This document shows positions 8,391 through 18,312 of a stretch of 64,000 bases of DNA, piece after piece. How positions within the stretch are numbered: position 1 is the first letter of the stretch; the number at the start of each line of letters is the position of its first letter. Source of the stretch: Thermoplasmata archaeon (GTDB lineage Archaea > Thermoplasmatota > Thermoplasmata > Lutacidiplasmatales > UBA184); contig JAKBSJ010000003.1 in assembly GCA_021844945.1 (NCBI GenBank), positions 32,565-96,564 on the forward strand, written 5' to 3'. A model generated the notes under the pieces. That model had not been told where the DNA came from. It saw only the letters and a program-made list of their open reading frames with translations, and did no database searches. The translations under genes were made by a program, and so were the position numbers.

Positions 8391-8960
8391 TCACTCCGCT
8401 CCGTCGAGATCGCTCGGGGCCGTCGCCGAGGCGACCGCCGAGTCGAACCGCAGCCGCGCGAGCAGATGGAAGACCGTGGAGTGCTCGCTGCCGTGCAGGA
8501 GGAGCTCTACCGCGCGACGGCCTCGATCGATTTGGTCGACGTCCCCGATGAGCGCAACGGTGGACCCGTAGATGCTCATGAAGCAGCCCGACAGCTCCTC
8601 GATGCGCTCCCGTGCGCGGCCGCGCGTGCCAATCAGGCGGGCCCGGATGCGGCGCAACGCGGCCTTGTCGCGCTTCCCGGTCTCGAACTTGATGTCGAGG
8701 ATCGCGAGCACGGCACTCTCTCGGGTCAGTCGGAACGCGCGGCCCGGCGAAAAGCCCCGGCCGATGGCGAGAGTGATATCCCGCGCGCGCATCGCGGCGT
8801 CGGGATCTTCGTCCGGAGAGGCAATGCGTACCTCGCCCTCGGACGCATCGACTTCGAGCTCGGCGCCCGTGCGCATCGCGATCTCCCTCTTCGTACGCCC
8901 GGCGGGGCCGATCAGCACCCCGATCCGATCCTCGGGAATCCGCGCGTATAGGACCGGCAT
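8391..8960 (-). CDS. KH-domain small-subunit biogenesis factor (archaeal Dim2/Pno1)
   Basis: RIGVLIGPAG, AIGRGFSP, RLIGTRGRARERIEELSG, LLHGSEHSTVF; adjacent to RIO1. Confidence 0.93.
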   Translation of the reverse strand: MPVLYARIPEDRIGVLIGPAGRTKREIAMRTGAELEVDASEGEVRIASPDEDPDAAMRARDITLAIGRGFSPGRAFRLTRESAVLAILDIKFETGKRDKAALRRIRARLIGTRGRARERIEELSGCFMSIYGSTVALIGDVDQIDRGRRAVELLLHGSEHSTVFHLLARLRFDSAVASATAPSDLDGAE

Positions 8961-8962
8961 TG

Positions 8963-9742
8963 CTATTCCTCGGTGGATTTCGGCGGCGGGTGGATGCGTT
9001 CCAAGAACTCCTCGGTCTTGACCTTTAGTCCCTCCCGTGTGAGGAACTCGGCCAGGTGGCCGACGTCGCGCTCGAGCAGCCGCTTCGCCTCCGGATGCTC
9101 GGCGGAAACGGCCTGCGCCACATCGATGGTGACGACCTTGCCCTCGTGGTAGAGGAGGTTGTAGGGAGAGAGGTCCCCGTGGACGAGCCTCGCGATCTCC
9201 CACATCTTGCGGATCTGCTCGACCAAGTCGTCGTAGAGCCCGGGCAAGTCGTCCACGAGGGCATCCTTCAGCCGAGGAGCGGCTCCCTCGGGGCCGCCGA
9301 TGTACTCCATCACGAGGACGTTGCGGAAGTGACCCAGGGGCTCGGGGACTCGAACGCCCGCGGCTCTCAGGCGACCGAGTATGGTGTGCTCTCTCCGCGT
9401 CCACGCCGGGATTAGCGTGCGCAAGTTCCGGACCGAGACTTCGCGACGGAGCTCCTCCAAGGCGTAGGGCGGGAAACGGCGAAACGTTGCGTTTCCGACC
9501 CGGTACACCTTGATCGCGACCCACCGCACCCCCTTCGTACCGCGAAAGACCCCGCCCTCCTTACCGGTAGAGATGGGATGGTCGATGGCGTCGAAATAGC
9601 CCTGGTTGATGAGTCGGGAGATCGCGAGGAGGGTGGGGTGGTCGAAAAATTCGTCCAGAACTTTGCCCTGATGGGCCTCCTTGCGGCGGTCCTGTGGACG
9701 CTCGGGCCGGGTAGGGTACATGATCTCCTCGGGGCGCGGCAT
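8963..9742 (-). CDS. RIO1-family serine kinase
   Basis: ISTGKEGGVF, AIKVYR, NVLVMEYIG, LVHGDLSPYNLL, IDVAQAV, LLERDV. Confidence 0.93.
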   Translation of the reverse strand: MPRPEEIMYPTRPERPQDRRKEAHQGKVLDEFFDHPTLLAISRLINQGYFDAIDHPISTGKEGGVFRGTKGVRWVAIKVYRVGNATFRRFPPYALEELRREVSVRNLRTLIPAWTRREHTILGRLRAAGVRVPEPLGHFRNVLVMEYIGGPEGAAPRLKDALVDDLPGLYDDLVEQIRKMWEIARLVHGDLSPYNLLYHEGKVVTIDVAQAVSAEHPEAKRLLERDVGHLAEFLTREGLKVKTEEFLERIHPPPKSTEE

Positions 9743-9868
9743 TTCAGGATCGGAATCGCTTGGAGCGGATAGGATGATAGGGCGTCCCGGTGGTTGAGAG
9801 CCTCTCCGCCGCCCGCTCACCCTCTGGACAGCTCGTCTATATGAACGAAGTCTGCGTCGATCCGACCG

Positions 9869-10435
9869 ATGTACGCACTGCTCTCCGCGCCGCCACCGTC
9901 CCCAACGCCTCCGGATCGCCCTCCGGCTCGTCCTCCCGGCGGGCGACCGCTCCGCGAGGCCGCATGGTTGGATGGCCCCGCGAACTACGACCGCGTATTC
10001 CAGGTGGTCCGTGCGGCGGTCCATCGGGTTTTGGGCATCGGGCGCCCCGGTCTGGGCCTGGGCCTGTCGGACCTCCCTCCCGGCCTAGGAGCCTACTGGC
10101 AAGTGAGCGGCAACGTGATCGTACTCAACGAGGGCCTCGTCGCAGCGATGCGCTCGCACGCCCGGACCCCGCTCGAGCTGAATTCGTTCGTCTACGTGTT
10201 GCTGGCCCATGAGTATCTCCACGCCCTCGGGTACTTGGATGAGGGAGAAGTACGTCGGGTCACGGCCTACGTGACCCGGCGCGCCTTCGGGCCGGACCAC
10301 CCGGCATCGCGCATGGCAAGCGGCGACCTCTGGCGCATGTTTCCATTCCTTTCCGACACTCGAGGCGGCAACGGCCAGAGCATTCGGATCGTCCGGCAAT
10401 TCGATACGAGCTCGACCGATACGTACATCCGGTGA
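9869..10435 (+). CDS. Zincin-like (HExxH) metallopeptidase-fold protein
   Basis: LGAYWQVSGNVIVLN...VLLAHEYLHALGYLDE; TATA-like CTATATGAA about 25-30 nt upstream of the ATG. Confidence 0.75.
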   Translation: MYALLSAPPPSPTPPDRPPARPPGGRPLREAAWLDGPANYDRVFQVVRAAVHRVLGIGRPGLGLGLSDLPPGLGAYWQVSGNVIVLNEGLVAAMRSHARTPLELNSFVYVLLAHEYLHALGYLDEGEVRRVTAYVTRRAFGPDHPASRMASGDLWRMFPFLSDTRGGNGQSIRIVRQFDTSSTDTYIR

Positions 10436-10505
10436 GGAACGAAGAACCCCCATTCCCTCGATAGCGCCAAATACGCGCGACCCGCTAGGTGCGCGGTCGA
10501 AGACA

Positions 10506-10979
10506 ATGGTGGATGCAGCAACGGTCACGGCCGTGGTCCTAATGGTCGTGGGCGTGGCCCTGTTCGCGCTCGAGTTGTTCCATCCCGGAGCGCTCCTGCT
10601 GATTCCGGGGTCGGTACTTCTTGCCGGAGGGTTGCTCTACCTCTTCCTCCCCTCGCTGCTTCTTAACAGCTGGGTGGGCATCGTAGTCGTGACCGCGGCC
10701 GCGGTCGCCGCCGCGTTGATCGAGATTCCCTATTACCGTCACGTATCGCCCGGCCATCCTCCGATGACCACGATGCCCATGACGCTCGTGGGTAAGGAGG
10801 GTATCGTGGTCGTCGACGTAATCCCCAACACCCTGCGCGGAAAGGTCCGCGTCGGCTCCGAGATCTGGAGCGCGAACTCGTCGATGCCGATTTCGGCCGG
10901 CACTCCTGTTCGGATCGTCTCGGGAGAAGGGGTCTCGATCAAGGTCGTGCCGATCGCTTCGGTCCCGGCGGCATCGTAG
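10506..10979 (+). CDS. Short NfeD-family membrane protein (YbbJ-like, OB fold)
   Basis: Three TM helices, then LVGKEGIVV...GKVRVGSEIWSA...GTPVRIV; upstream of an SPFH gene. Confidence 0.9.
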   Translation: MVDAATVTAVVLMVVGVALFALELFHPGALLLIPGSVLLAGGLLYLFLPSLLLNSWVGIVVVTAAAVAAALIEIPYYRHVSPGHPPMTTMPMTLVGKEGIVVVDVIPNTLRGKVRVGSEIWSANSSMPISAGTPVRIVSGEGVSIKVVPIASVPAAS

Positions 10980-11032
10980 GCGCGAGCGACGAGCTTAATC
11001 GTGGGCTTCCGTATGGAGGCCCGGGTACATCG

Positions 11033-12250
11033 ATGGTCTCGGACATCACGATTGTCGAAGTCGCGCTGGCCGCCATCGTCGTCGTCGTCATTCTCCTCAT
11101 CCTCCTGCAGCGGATGCTGTACACGATCCAGCCGTACCAGCAAGGGGTGGTGACCCGGCTGGGTTCCTACGTCCGCACCCTGAATCCCGGGTTCCAGGTC
11201 GTCAGCCCCCTCGCGGTCATCCTGAAGGTTGACCTACGCACCCAGGTCCTCGAGGTCCCGCGCCAGGAAGTCATCACCAAGGACAACTCGCCGACGAACG
11301 TCGACGCGATTATTTACATCAAGGTCGTGGACTCTCCGAAGGCCCTCTTCCAAGTACAGGACTACCACGTCGCGACGGTCGCCCTCGCCCAGACGACGCT
11401 GCGCAGCGTCATCGGCGATATGGAACTGGACGAGATCTTGTACAACCGGGAGCGGATCAACACCCGCCTCCGGGACATCCTCGATGAAGCGACCGACCGC
11501 TGGGGCGTCCGCGTCGAGGCAGTGGAGATCAAGGAGGTCGACCCGGTCGGCCCCGTCAAGTCGGCGATGGAAGAGCAGACCGCTGCCGAACGCCAGCGGA
11601 GGGCCGCGGTGCTACGGGCGGACGGAGAGAAGCGGTCCGCCATCCTCGTGTCGGAAGGCCAGAAGCGATCACGCATCCTGCAGGCGGAGGGGGTCCGGCA
11701 GTCGAAGATCCTCGAGGCCGAGGGCGCGCGGGTGGCGACAATCCTCGAGGCGCAGGGGGAGGCCCAACGCCTCCGTATCCTTGCCCTCGGAGCGAGCCCG
11801 CTCGATGCCAAGGCGCTCACCGTCCTCTCGCTCGACACGCTGACCGCGGTAGGGGATGGCCAAGCGACGAAGATCCTGTTCCCGTTCGAGTTCTCGCGGC
11901 TGATGGAGGGGGCGGCCGAGTACCTCGGAACGTCGCGTACCGTCCCCGACCGCTCGCTCAACACCATGGAGGACTTGGAGAAGCGGATTGGTTCGATGAA
12001 CGACATCCTGGGCCCGATTCCGCGCCAAGAGGAATTGATGACGGAGATCAAGTCCATCGAGGACGAGATCAAAGCCGAGTCCGACGAGTCGACCGCGATG
12101 GTCGGACCCTTCGGAGGGACGCACGCCGCCAAAGTGGTGGCCCCCGATCTACCGGACCCGGACGCCGTCGCACCGCCCCCACCCCCGGCCGCCGCGACTC
12201 CACCGGCGCGCAAACCCGGCCCGCCTCCCTCGACGACGGACCCGGTCTGA
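11033..12250 (+). CDS. SPFH/band-7 (stomatin/QmcA-like) protein
   Basis: N-terminal TM, QEVITKDN, LAQTTLRSVIGDMELDEIL, WGVRVEAVEIK, AER/AEG coiled-coil repeats. Confidence 0.95.
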   Translation: MVSDITIVEVALAAIVVVVILLILLQRMLYTIQPYQQGVVTRLGSYVRTLNPGFQVVSPLAVILKVDLRTQVLEVPRQEVITKDNSPTNVDAIIYIKVVDSPKALFQVQDYHVATVALAQTTLRSVIGDMELDEILYNRERINTRLRDILDEATDRWGVRVEAVEIKEVDPVGPVKSAMEEQTAAERQRRAAVLRADGEKRSAILVSEGQKRSRILQAEGVRQSKILEAEGARVATILEAQGEAQRLRILALGASPLDAKALTVLSLDTLTAVGDGQATKILFPFEFSRLMEGAAEYLGTSRTVPDRSLNTMEDLEKRIGSMNDILGPIPRQEELMTEIKSIEDEIKAESDESTAMVGPFGGTHAAKVVAPDLPDPDAVAPPPPPAAATPPARKPGPPPSTTDPV

Positions 12251-12304
12251 AGTTCGAGTTCGGGGCGACAGCATCGAATACCCGTCCGTCGTGGATGCGA
12301 ATCG

Positions 12305-13096
12305 ATGAGCGACCCGCTCCGAGTCGAGCGACGCGGCTCGATCGCCCTCCTCACGATCGATCGCCCGGAGCGCCGCAACGCGCTCGATATACCGGCGATG
12401 CGGCAGCTCAAGGAGAAGGTCCAGGGCCTTCACTTGGATCCGGAGATCCGCGCCGTCATCCTCACGGGCGCGGGCGAGGCGTTCAGCGCCGGTGGTGACG
12501 TCGCTACGATGGGAGAATTCCTTGACCGCGGCGAGCTCCCCCGCTTGTTCCACGAGCTCACGGCGGAGATGGAGCAGGTCATCCGTGAGATCGTCACGAT
12601 GCCGAAACCGGTGGTCGCCGCGATTCCCGGGGTCGCAGCCGGTGGGGGGCTCTCCCTCGCCCTCGCCTGCGATTGGCGCATCGCAAGCGAACGAGCCCTC
12701 TTGGTACCCGCGTTCTCTCGCCTGGGAGCCGTCCCCGACGGTGGCCTTACGTACTTTCTTCCGCACTACCTGGGCATCGGCGGTGCTCAGGCACTGCTCT
12801 TCGCGGACGCGCGCGTGCCGGCCGCTCGCGCGCTCGAACTCAGCCTCGTCCACGAGGTCGTGCCGGCGGACCAGCTCGCCGCCCGAGCATGGGAACGAGC
12901 GCACGAGCTCGCCGCGGGCCCGACCCGGGCCTGGGCGTGGGTGAAGCGTCTGACAGTCTCGGCGTTCGGCCAGAGCCTCGAGTCCCAGCTGGCCCTCGAA
13001 CGCAAAGGGGCGGTCGAAGCGGCCCAAGGAGCCGAGCTCGCCGAGGGGATCCGCGCGTTCCGGGAAAAGCGCCCGCCTCGTTTCGAAGGTCCCTAG
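12305..13096 (+). CDS. Enoyl-CoA hydratase/isomerase (crotonase; PaaG-like)
   Basis: RPERRNAL, AFSAGGD, KPVVAAIPGVAAGGG, GAVPDGG, EGIRAFREKRPPRFEG. Confidence 0.93.
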   Translation: MSDPLRVERRGSIALLTIDRPERRNALDIPAMRQLKEKVQGLHLDPEIRAVILTGAGEAFSAGGDVATMGEFLDRGELPRLFHELTAEMEQVIREIVTMPKPVVAAIPGVAAGGGLSLALACDWRIASERALLVPAFSRLGAVPDGGLTYFLPHYLGIGGAQALLFADARVPAARALELSLVHEVVPADQLAARAWERAHELAAGPTRAWAWVKRLTVSAFGQSLESQLALERKGAVEAAQGAELAEGIRAFREKRPPRFEGP

Positions 13097-14397
13097 GGCG
13101 AAGGGCGTCCCTGCCACGGGCGGCCGAGCTTTTGCTCGAGATCTCGACGCACTCCCGGCCATTCGCTCGCCAGGATGCTGTAACAGACCGAGGACCGGTA
13201 GATACCGCTCGCCAGCTTGAGATGCTCGCGAAGTACCCCCTCTCGCCGGGCCCCCAGACGCTCGATCGCTCGTTGCGAACGCTCGTTCCTCGAGTCCGTG
13301 CGCAACTCGATCCGGTGCGCGTGCTCGGTCTCGAACGCGTGACGCAGGACGAGGTACTTCGCTTCGGTGTTGATCGGCGTTCGCCACAGGGCGGAATCGA
13401 TCCAGGTGCCGATCTCGGCCGACCGGTCGGCTCGTTCGATGTCCAAGTAACGGCACATCCCTACGATGCGGTCCTCGGTGAGGGAGCGGATCACGAAGGG
13501 CAGGACTTCACCGCGTTCCTGCTGGGCCAGCAGCATCTCCACGAGTGCGGCCATCTCCGCCTCATTGCGACCCGGGCCGATCCGCAACCACTGCCAGACT
13601 TGGGGGTCCCGACCCGCTCGGGCGAGTCCGGCGATGTGACGGCGCTCCAGAGGGACGAGCTCGATCCACCGACCGCGAAGAACGACCGCATCCCGTAGGC
13701 GGAGCGGCGGGGGAGGCTCTACCGGTCGGCTCGGCGGCAGACCTAGGTCGATCGAAATGCGCGCCGCGGTCGCCGAGCCGGTGGGCGAAGGGCTCCACGG
13801 GCGCGCGAGCCGCGCGTCGAGCTTGGCTCGCACCTTCGACCACTCGGAACGAAGGATACCGAACTGCACGCTCGTGCGGAACCACCCGTCCGCGAGCAGT
13901 ACATTCTCCCGCAGCGCAGCCTCGCGAATGGCTCCGACATCCGATATGGCGTTCTGTGACCGCTCGTTACGCAGGTCGGTCTGAAGACTGACCCGATGCG
14001 CCAGACCCTCCTCGAAGGCGTGGGTGAACAGGACCCGCTTACAGTCCGAGTTGACCGGCGTTCGCCAGTACGCAGAGTCGAGCCAAGTGCCGCCCACCTC
14101 CACGGACTCGTTCGCGTCGTCGATGTGGTGGTACCCTGTAGCGCCCACCAACAAGCCACTCATTTCGAGCCGTATCGCGAACATGACCGATTGGCCGGCC
14201 GCGACAACCGAGTCATATCCATGTACGTAGGCGCGAGCGTCTTCGAGCGTCGTCCCGGGTCGATGCCGTAGGTAGCGCTGCACCTCGGGCGAAGCAGCAG
14301 CGCGCAGGAGTTCCGGTGCGTCGTCGACGGATAGGGGCCGAAGGTCCACGTAACGTCCCTTCAGCCGCAGGCCGGGTGCGAACTTGTCGGAACGCAT
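13093..14397 (-). CDS. Tandem RimJ/RimL-type GNAT acetyltransferase (two domains)
   Basis: Duplicated motifs EVGGTWLDSAYWRTPVNSDCK / EIGTWIDSALWRTPINTEAK and RNERSQ twice. Confidence 0.9.
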   Translation of the reverse strand: MRSDKFAPGLRLKGRYVDLRPLSVDDAPELLRAAASPEVQRYLRHRPGTTLEDARAYVHGYDSVVAAGQSVMFAIRLEMSGLLVGATGYHHIDDANESVEVGGTWLDSAYWRTPVNSDCKRVLFTHAFEEGLAHRVSLQTDLRNERSQNAISDVGAIREAALRENVLLADGWFRTSVQFGILRSEWSKVRAKLDARLARPWSPSPTGSATAARISIDLGLPPSRPVEPPPPLRLRDAVVLRGRWIELVPLERRHIAGLARAGRDPQVWQWLRIGPGRNEAEMAALVEMLLAQQERGEVLPFVIRSLTEDRIVGMCRYLDIERADRSAEIGTWIDSALWRTPINTEAKYLVLRHAFETEHAHRIELRTDSRNERSQRAIERLGARREGVLREHLKLASGIYRSSVCYSILASEWPGVRRDLEQKLGRPWQGRPSP

Positions 14398-14488
14398 CGC
14401 GATGCTGTGAATCCGCACCGGATAACTTCGACGGGGGGTACTCGCACCGCTCCGGTGCGCGGGTTTACGTCAAGAAATGGAGCACGGC

Positions 14489-14496
14489 TTAAATAA
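14489..14496 (+). promoter_or_regulatory. TATA box of the complex I operon
   Basis: TTAAATAA about 50 nt upstream of nuoA, with a GGAGG Shine-Dalgarno before the ATG. Confidence 0.6.
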
Positions 14497-14547
14497 AGCC
14501 CCGCGGTCGGACGTACGTCACTGGATGAGCGGTAGGAGGGAGGGAAC

Positions 14548-14913
14548 ATGGATGCCGGCGTAACGACGTTCCTCGTCTTCGCGCTCGTTGCCGTTGCCTT
14601 CGCCGTCGGGTCGATCACGATGAACCGCACGCTCGGTGCGAAGCGTCGCCGTTCCTACCTCCAGCTCACGACGTACGAGTGCGGGGAAGAGGCCGAGGGA
14701 GAGGCTCAGATCGACTTCCCTACCCAGCACTACACCTTCGCGATCGTCTTTGTCGCCGTCGACGTGCTGGGGTTCATCCTGGCCCTGTGGGCCCTCACGT
14801 TCCGCGGGCTCAACTCCGGCCTCTTCCCGGTCCTGATTGCCTTCGGCTTCGCCGGGCTCGCGATCGTCGGAATCTACTACGCGCTCAGCGGCGAGCGCCG
14901 GTGGGTCGTATGA
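14548..14913 (+). CDS. nuoA: Complex I-like subunit A
   Basis: TTYECGE loop, three TM helices, first gene of the operon. Confidence 0.93.
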   Translation: MDAGVTTFLVFALVAVAFAVGSITMNRTLGAKRRRSYLQLTTYECGEEAEGEAQIDFPTQHYTFAIVFVAVDVLGFILALWALTFRGLNSGLFPVLIAFGFAGLAIVGIYYALSGERRWVV

Positions 14914-15515
14914 ACGCCTCGAGCGTGACCACAGCTTCCGGGACCGCGAAGGCGCCCGGCACGGAACTGCCGGTCGTCACGCAGCCCGGCGTCCCGTTCA
15001 TCGAGATCGAGACCCTCCGTGCGAAGGAGTTCCTCCCGGCCGCTAAGGAGGCGCTCTCGGCGATGATCGCCGAGCGAGGCCGGGAGGACCTCACGCAGCC
15101 GGTCTTCAACTGGGCGGGGCGCAACTCGCTCTTCCCGCTTCACTGGGGTCTCGCTTGTTGCGCGATCGAGTTTGCCGCGGCGTTCGGCGCCCGGTGGGAT
15201 GCGGAGAGGTTCGGCATCGTTCCGCGGTCCTCGCCCCGCCAGTGCGACCTCATGATCGTGAACGGCACGGTCACTTGGAAGGTGGCGCACAAGCTGATCG
15301 CGCTCTACGAGCAGATGCCCGAGCCCAAGTGGGTCATCGCGATGGGCAACTGCGCTACGGGTGGGGGGCCGTTCCGAACGGCGTACTCGGTGGTCCCGGG
15401 CGTCGACAAACTCGTACCGGTCGACCTGTATATCGCGGGATGCCCGCCCCGACCTGAGGCGATGCTGGACGGGATCCTGAAACTCGAAGAACTGATCCGG
15501 GAACGCAAGGAGTAG
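14910..15515 (+). CDS. nuoB: Complex I-like subunit B (cluster N2)
   Basis: [39 protein letters not shown]; the ATG overlaps the nuoA stop. Confidence 0.96.
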   Translation: MNASSVTTASGTAKAPGTELPVVTQPGVPFIEIETLRAKEFLPAAKEALSAMIAERGREDLTQPVFNWAGRNSLFPLHWGLACCAIEFAAAFGARWDAERFGIVPRSSPRQCDLMIVNGTVTWKVAHKLIALYEQMPEPKWVIAMGNCATGGGPFRTAYSVVPGVDKLVPVDLYIAGCPPRPEAMLDGILKLEELIRERKE

Positions 15516-15545
15516 CACGGGGATCCGGGCGTTCGTCCAGAGCAT

Positions 15546-16019
15546 ATGGAGGCAGAGTTCCCCGCCCTGGTCAGCGCCCGGCTCGGGGACCGTGTGGCCG
15601 CTGTCGAAGTGTTCCCGGGTACGCTCGGGCGAGTCCGTTTCCGAGCCGAGGCCGCTCTCGACGTCTTCCGCTCGATGCGCGACGACTTCGCGTTCGACCA
15701 TCTCTCCATGGTCGGCGGGATCGATTGGGTCGATCACCGCGAGGTCTTCTACGTGCTATGGTCGGATGCACGACGTGCCTACGTGATCCTCTCGACCGAC
15801 CTACCTGCCGAGAACCCGCATATCGAGTCGGCGACGCCCACGTGGCCGGGAGCGAACTGGCACGAGCGCGAGACGTGGGAAATGGTCGACATCCACTTCG
15901 ACCATCACCCAGACCTGCGGCACCTATTGATGCCGGACGGGTACGTTTTCCACCCGCTCCTGCGATCGTTCAAGCTCCACGAGCCCGAGGAGCTGGAGGT
16001 CAAGACGCGCAATGTCTGA
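15546..16019 (+). CDS. nuoC: Complex I-like subunit C
   Basis: ANWHERETWEM, HPDLRHLLMP, HPLLRSF. Confidence 0.93.
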   Translation: MEAEFPALVSARLGDRVAAVEVFPGTLGRVRFRAEAALDVFRSMRDDFAFDHLSMVGGIDWVDHREVFYVLWSDARRAYVILSTDLPAENPHIESATPTWPGANWHERETWEMVDIHFDHHPDLRHLLMPDGYVFHPLLRSFKLHEPEELEVKTRNV

Positions 16020-17157
16020 GATGTGGATCAACATGGGGCCACAGCACCCCATGACGCACGGGCTGTGGAACCTCCGGGTGCACGTCGACGGCGAGATGGT
16101 CCTGGACGTCGATCCGGAGATGGGCTACCTCCACCGGGGGATCGAGAAGATCAGCGAGGACCGCCACTACAACGAAGTGGTGACGCTGATGGATCGATGC
16201 TGCTACGTCGCCGGCCTCGCTTGGGAACACCTCTACATCCTCTCGGCCGAGCAGGCGCTCGGAATCCGGCCCCCCGAGCGCGCGGAGTGGATCCGGGTGA
16301 TGAGCGAGGAGTTCCAGCGGCTCGGTTCCCACCTCATGTGGTACGCGGCGTTCGTCCAGGACATCGGCCTGATGGCTCCGTTCCTCTACGGCATGCGAGA
16401 CCGGGACCTCGTCCTCGACCTCTTCCAAAGCTACACCGGCGCCCGGATGACGTACGAGTACATGCGGGTCGGCGGCGTGCGCAACGACCTTCCGAACGGG
16501 TTCACCGATCAATCCCGCAAGGTCTGTGACTGGCTGATCGACCGTTTCGAAGAGTACGACCGGCTCTGCCTCGCGTCGGCCATCTTTCACAAGCGCTGTG
16601 ACGGACTCGGCAAGATGTCCCGGGCGGACTGCGTGGCCTACGGGGTCACCGGTCCGATGCTGCGTTCGGCGGGGTCGAAGCGCGACCTCCGCAAGGACCG
16701 ACCGTACTCCGCCTACGACCGCGTCGAGTTCGACGTCGCGACGGCCGACGGCGCCGACGTGACGGCGCGCTACCTGGTCCGGATGGAGGAGATGCGCCAG
16801 TCGGTGCGGATCATACGGCAGGCTCTCGATTGGCTCGACAAGAACCCGGGGCCCGTGATGGCCGCTCGGGTCCCCCGATGGCTGGGGGCTCCGTACGCCC
16901 CGATTGGGAACGAGGGCTATCTGCTCAAGCGCAACTATCCGAAGGGCCTCGGCCTATCGGCGATCGAGGAACCTCACGGAGAGGCGCAAGCCTACATCGT
17001 GAACGACGGGGGGGAGCACCCCTACCGCGTGAAGTTCCGCTCTCCGGTCTTCGCGAACATCAGCGCGGCGAAGAAGTACCTCGTGGGCTACCGCATCGCC
17101 GACATTCCCCCGATCATGGGAAGCGTGGACGTCTGCGTCGGGGAGTGCGACCGGTAG
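16012..17157 (+). CDS. nuoD: Complex I-like subunit D
   Basis: NMGPQHPMTHG, GYLHRGIEK, DRCCY, GVTGPMLRS, C-terminal DVCVGECDR. Confidence 0.96.
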   Translation: MSEMWINMGPQHPMTHGLWNLRVHVDGEMVLDVDPEMGYLHRGIEKISEDRHYNEVVTLMDRCCYVAGLAWEHLYILSAEQALGIRPPERAEWIRVMSEEFQRLGSHLMWYAAFVQDIGLMAPFLYGMRDRDLVLDLFQSYTGARMTYEYMRVGGVRNDLPNGFTDQSRKVCDWLIDRFEEYDRLCLASAIFHKRCDGLGKMSRADCVAYGVTGPMLRSAGSKRDLRKDRPYSAYDRVEFDVATADGADVTARYLVRMEEMRQSVRIIRQALDWLDKNPGPVMAARVPRWLGAPYAPIGNEGYLLKRNYPKGLGLSAIEEPHGEAQAYIVNDGGEHPYRVKFRSPVFANISAAKKYLVGYRIADIPPIMGSVDVCVGECDR

Positions 17158-17166
17158 GACAGAATC

Positions 17167-18294
17167 ATGTCGGTCACCCTGCTCTCGGTCGCGACCGCGA
17201 TCTCTCAGGCGATTCTCGGCGCGATCGGGAGCGTGTTGCCCCAGCCCGCGAGCGGTGCGGTAACGAACGTCAACACCGTCGACGGTTTGGCCGCGCTGAT
17301 CTTCGCCGCCATCCTGCTCCTGGCGAGCATGCTCAACACGATCGTGCTCATCTGGTGGGAGCGAAAGCTGCTCGGTCGCTTCATGGACCGACGCGGCGCC
17401 ATGCACGTCGGCTACGCTGGGTTGTTGCAGAACTTCGCCGACGGTATCAAGCTGTTCCGAAAGGACACCGTCAAGCCTCGGGAGGCCGACACGCTCGGCT
17501 TCTGGAGCGGGCCGACCGCCTACATGGTGACGTCACTGATCATCTTCGCGATCCTCCCCGTTTCGACCGGTTGGAACTCGGGATCGCTTCCGCTAAGCCT
17601 TCTCCTTGCGCTGGCCGTGTTCAGCTTCGCGCCACTGTTCATCTTTGTCTCGGCTTGGTCGAGCAACAACAAGTACTCCCTGATCGGTGGGATGCGGTCC
17701 GCCGCCCAGATGATCGCCTATGAGGTCCCGATCCTCCTGGCGGTCGTCGCGGTCGTGCTGGTCTCGGGCAGCTTCGACCTCCAGACGATCGTACTCGAGC
17801 AGACGAACTACTGGTTCTGGGTGCCGTTGTTCCTCGCCCTGGTGGTCTTCGTCGCAGGAATGCTCGCCGAGATGGAGCGGATCCCGTTCGACCTGCCCGA
17901 AGCAGAGGCGGAGCTCGTCGAAGGATGGAACACCGAGTACGGGGGTATGATGTTCGCGTTCTTCATGCTCACCGACTACCTGCGCGCGCTCTTGGGCTCC
18001 TTCCTTATCGTCCTGCTCTTCCTCGGCGGCTGGACGATGCCCGGGTGGGTACCCGCGGCGGCGACGAGCTTCCCGCTCGCGGGAATCTTCTGGTTCATGC
18101 TGAAAGTGTACATCGTCTTCACGGTCTTCGTTTGGATCCGTGCGTCGCTCCCGCGCGTACGGACCGACCAGTTGCTGCGCGTCGGCTGGAACCGCATGGT
18201 CCCGCTCGCGCTCCTGAGCGTGGTCCTCGCAGCCCTCCTCGTCACCGTGAAGTGTCTGCCCGTCCTCGGTTGCATACCTACCCTGGGGGGCTAA
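17167..18294 (+). CDS. nuoH: Complex I-like subunit H
   Basis: ERKLLG, QNFADGIKLF, SNNKYSLIGGMR, RIPFDLPEAEAELVEG, PRVRTDQL. Confidence 0.96.
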   Translation: MSVTLLSVATAISQAILGAIGSVLPQPASGAVTNVNTVDGLAALIFAAILLLASMLNTIVLIWWERKLLGRFMDRRGAMHVGYAGLLQNFADGIKLFRKDTVKPREADTLGFWSGPTAYMVTSLIIFAILPVSTGWNSGSLPLSLLLALAVFSFAPLFIFVSAWSSNNKYSLIGGMRSAAQMIAYEVPILLAVVAVVLVSGSFDLQTIVLEQTNYWFWVPLFLALVVFVAGMLAEMERIPFDLPEAEAELVEGWNTEYGGMMFAFFMLTDYLRALLGSFLIVLLFLGGWTMPGWVPAAATSFPLAGIFWFMLKVYIVFTVFVWIRASLPRVRTDQLLRVGWNRMVPLALLSVVLAALLVTVKCLPVLGCIPTLGG

Positions 18295-18312
18295 GGAGGA
18301 GGGTTCACGGTC

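Noticed and set aside
14910-17157. Group 4 [NiFe] hydrogenase
   Set aside because: NuoB has the tandem CC of complex I, and NuoD lacks both CxxC motifs while keeping the quinone-site residues.
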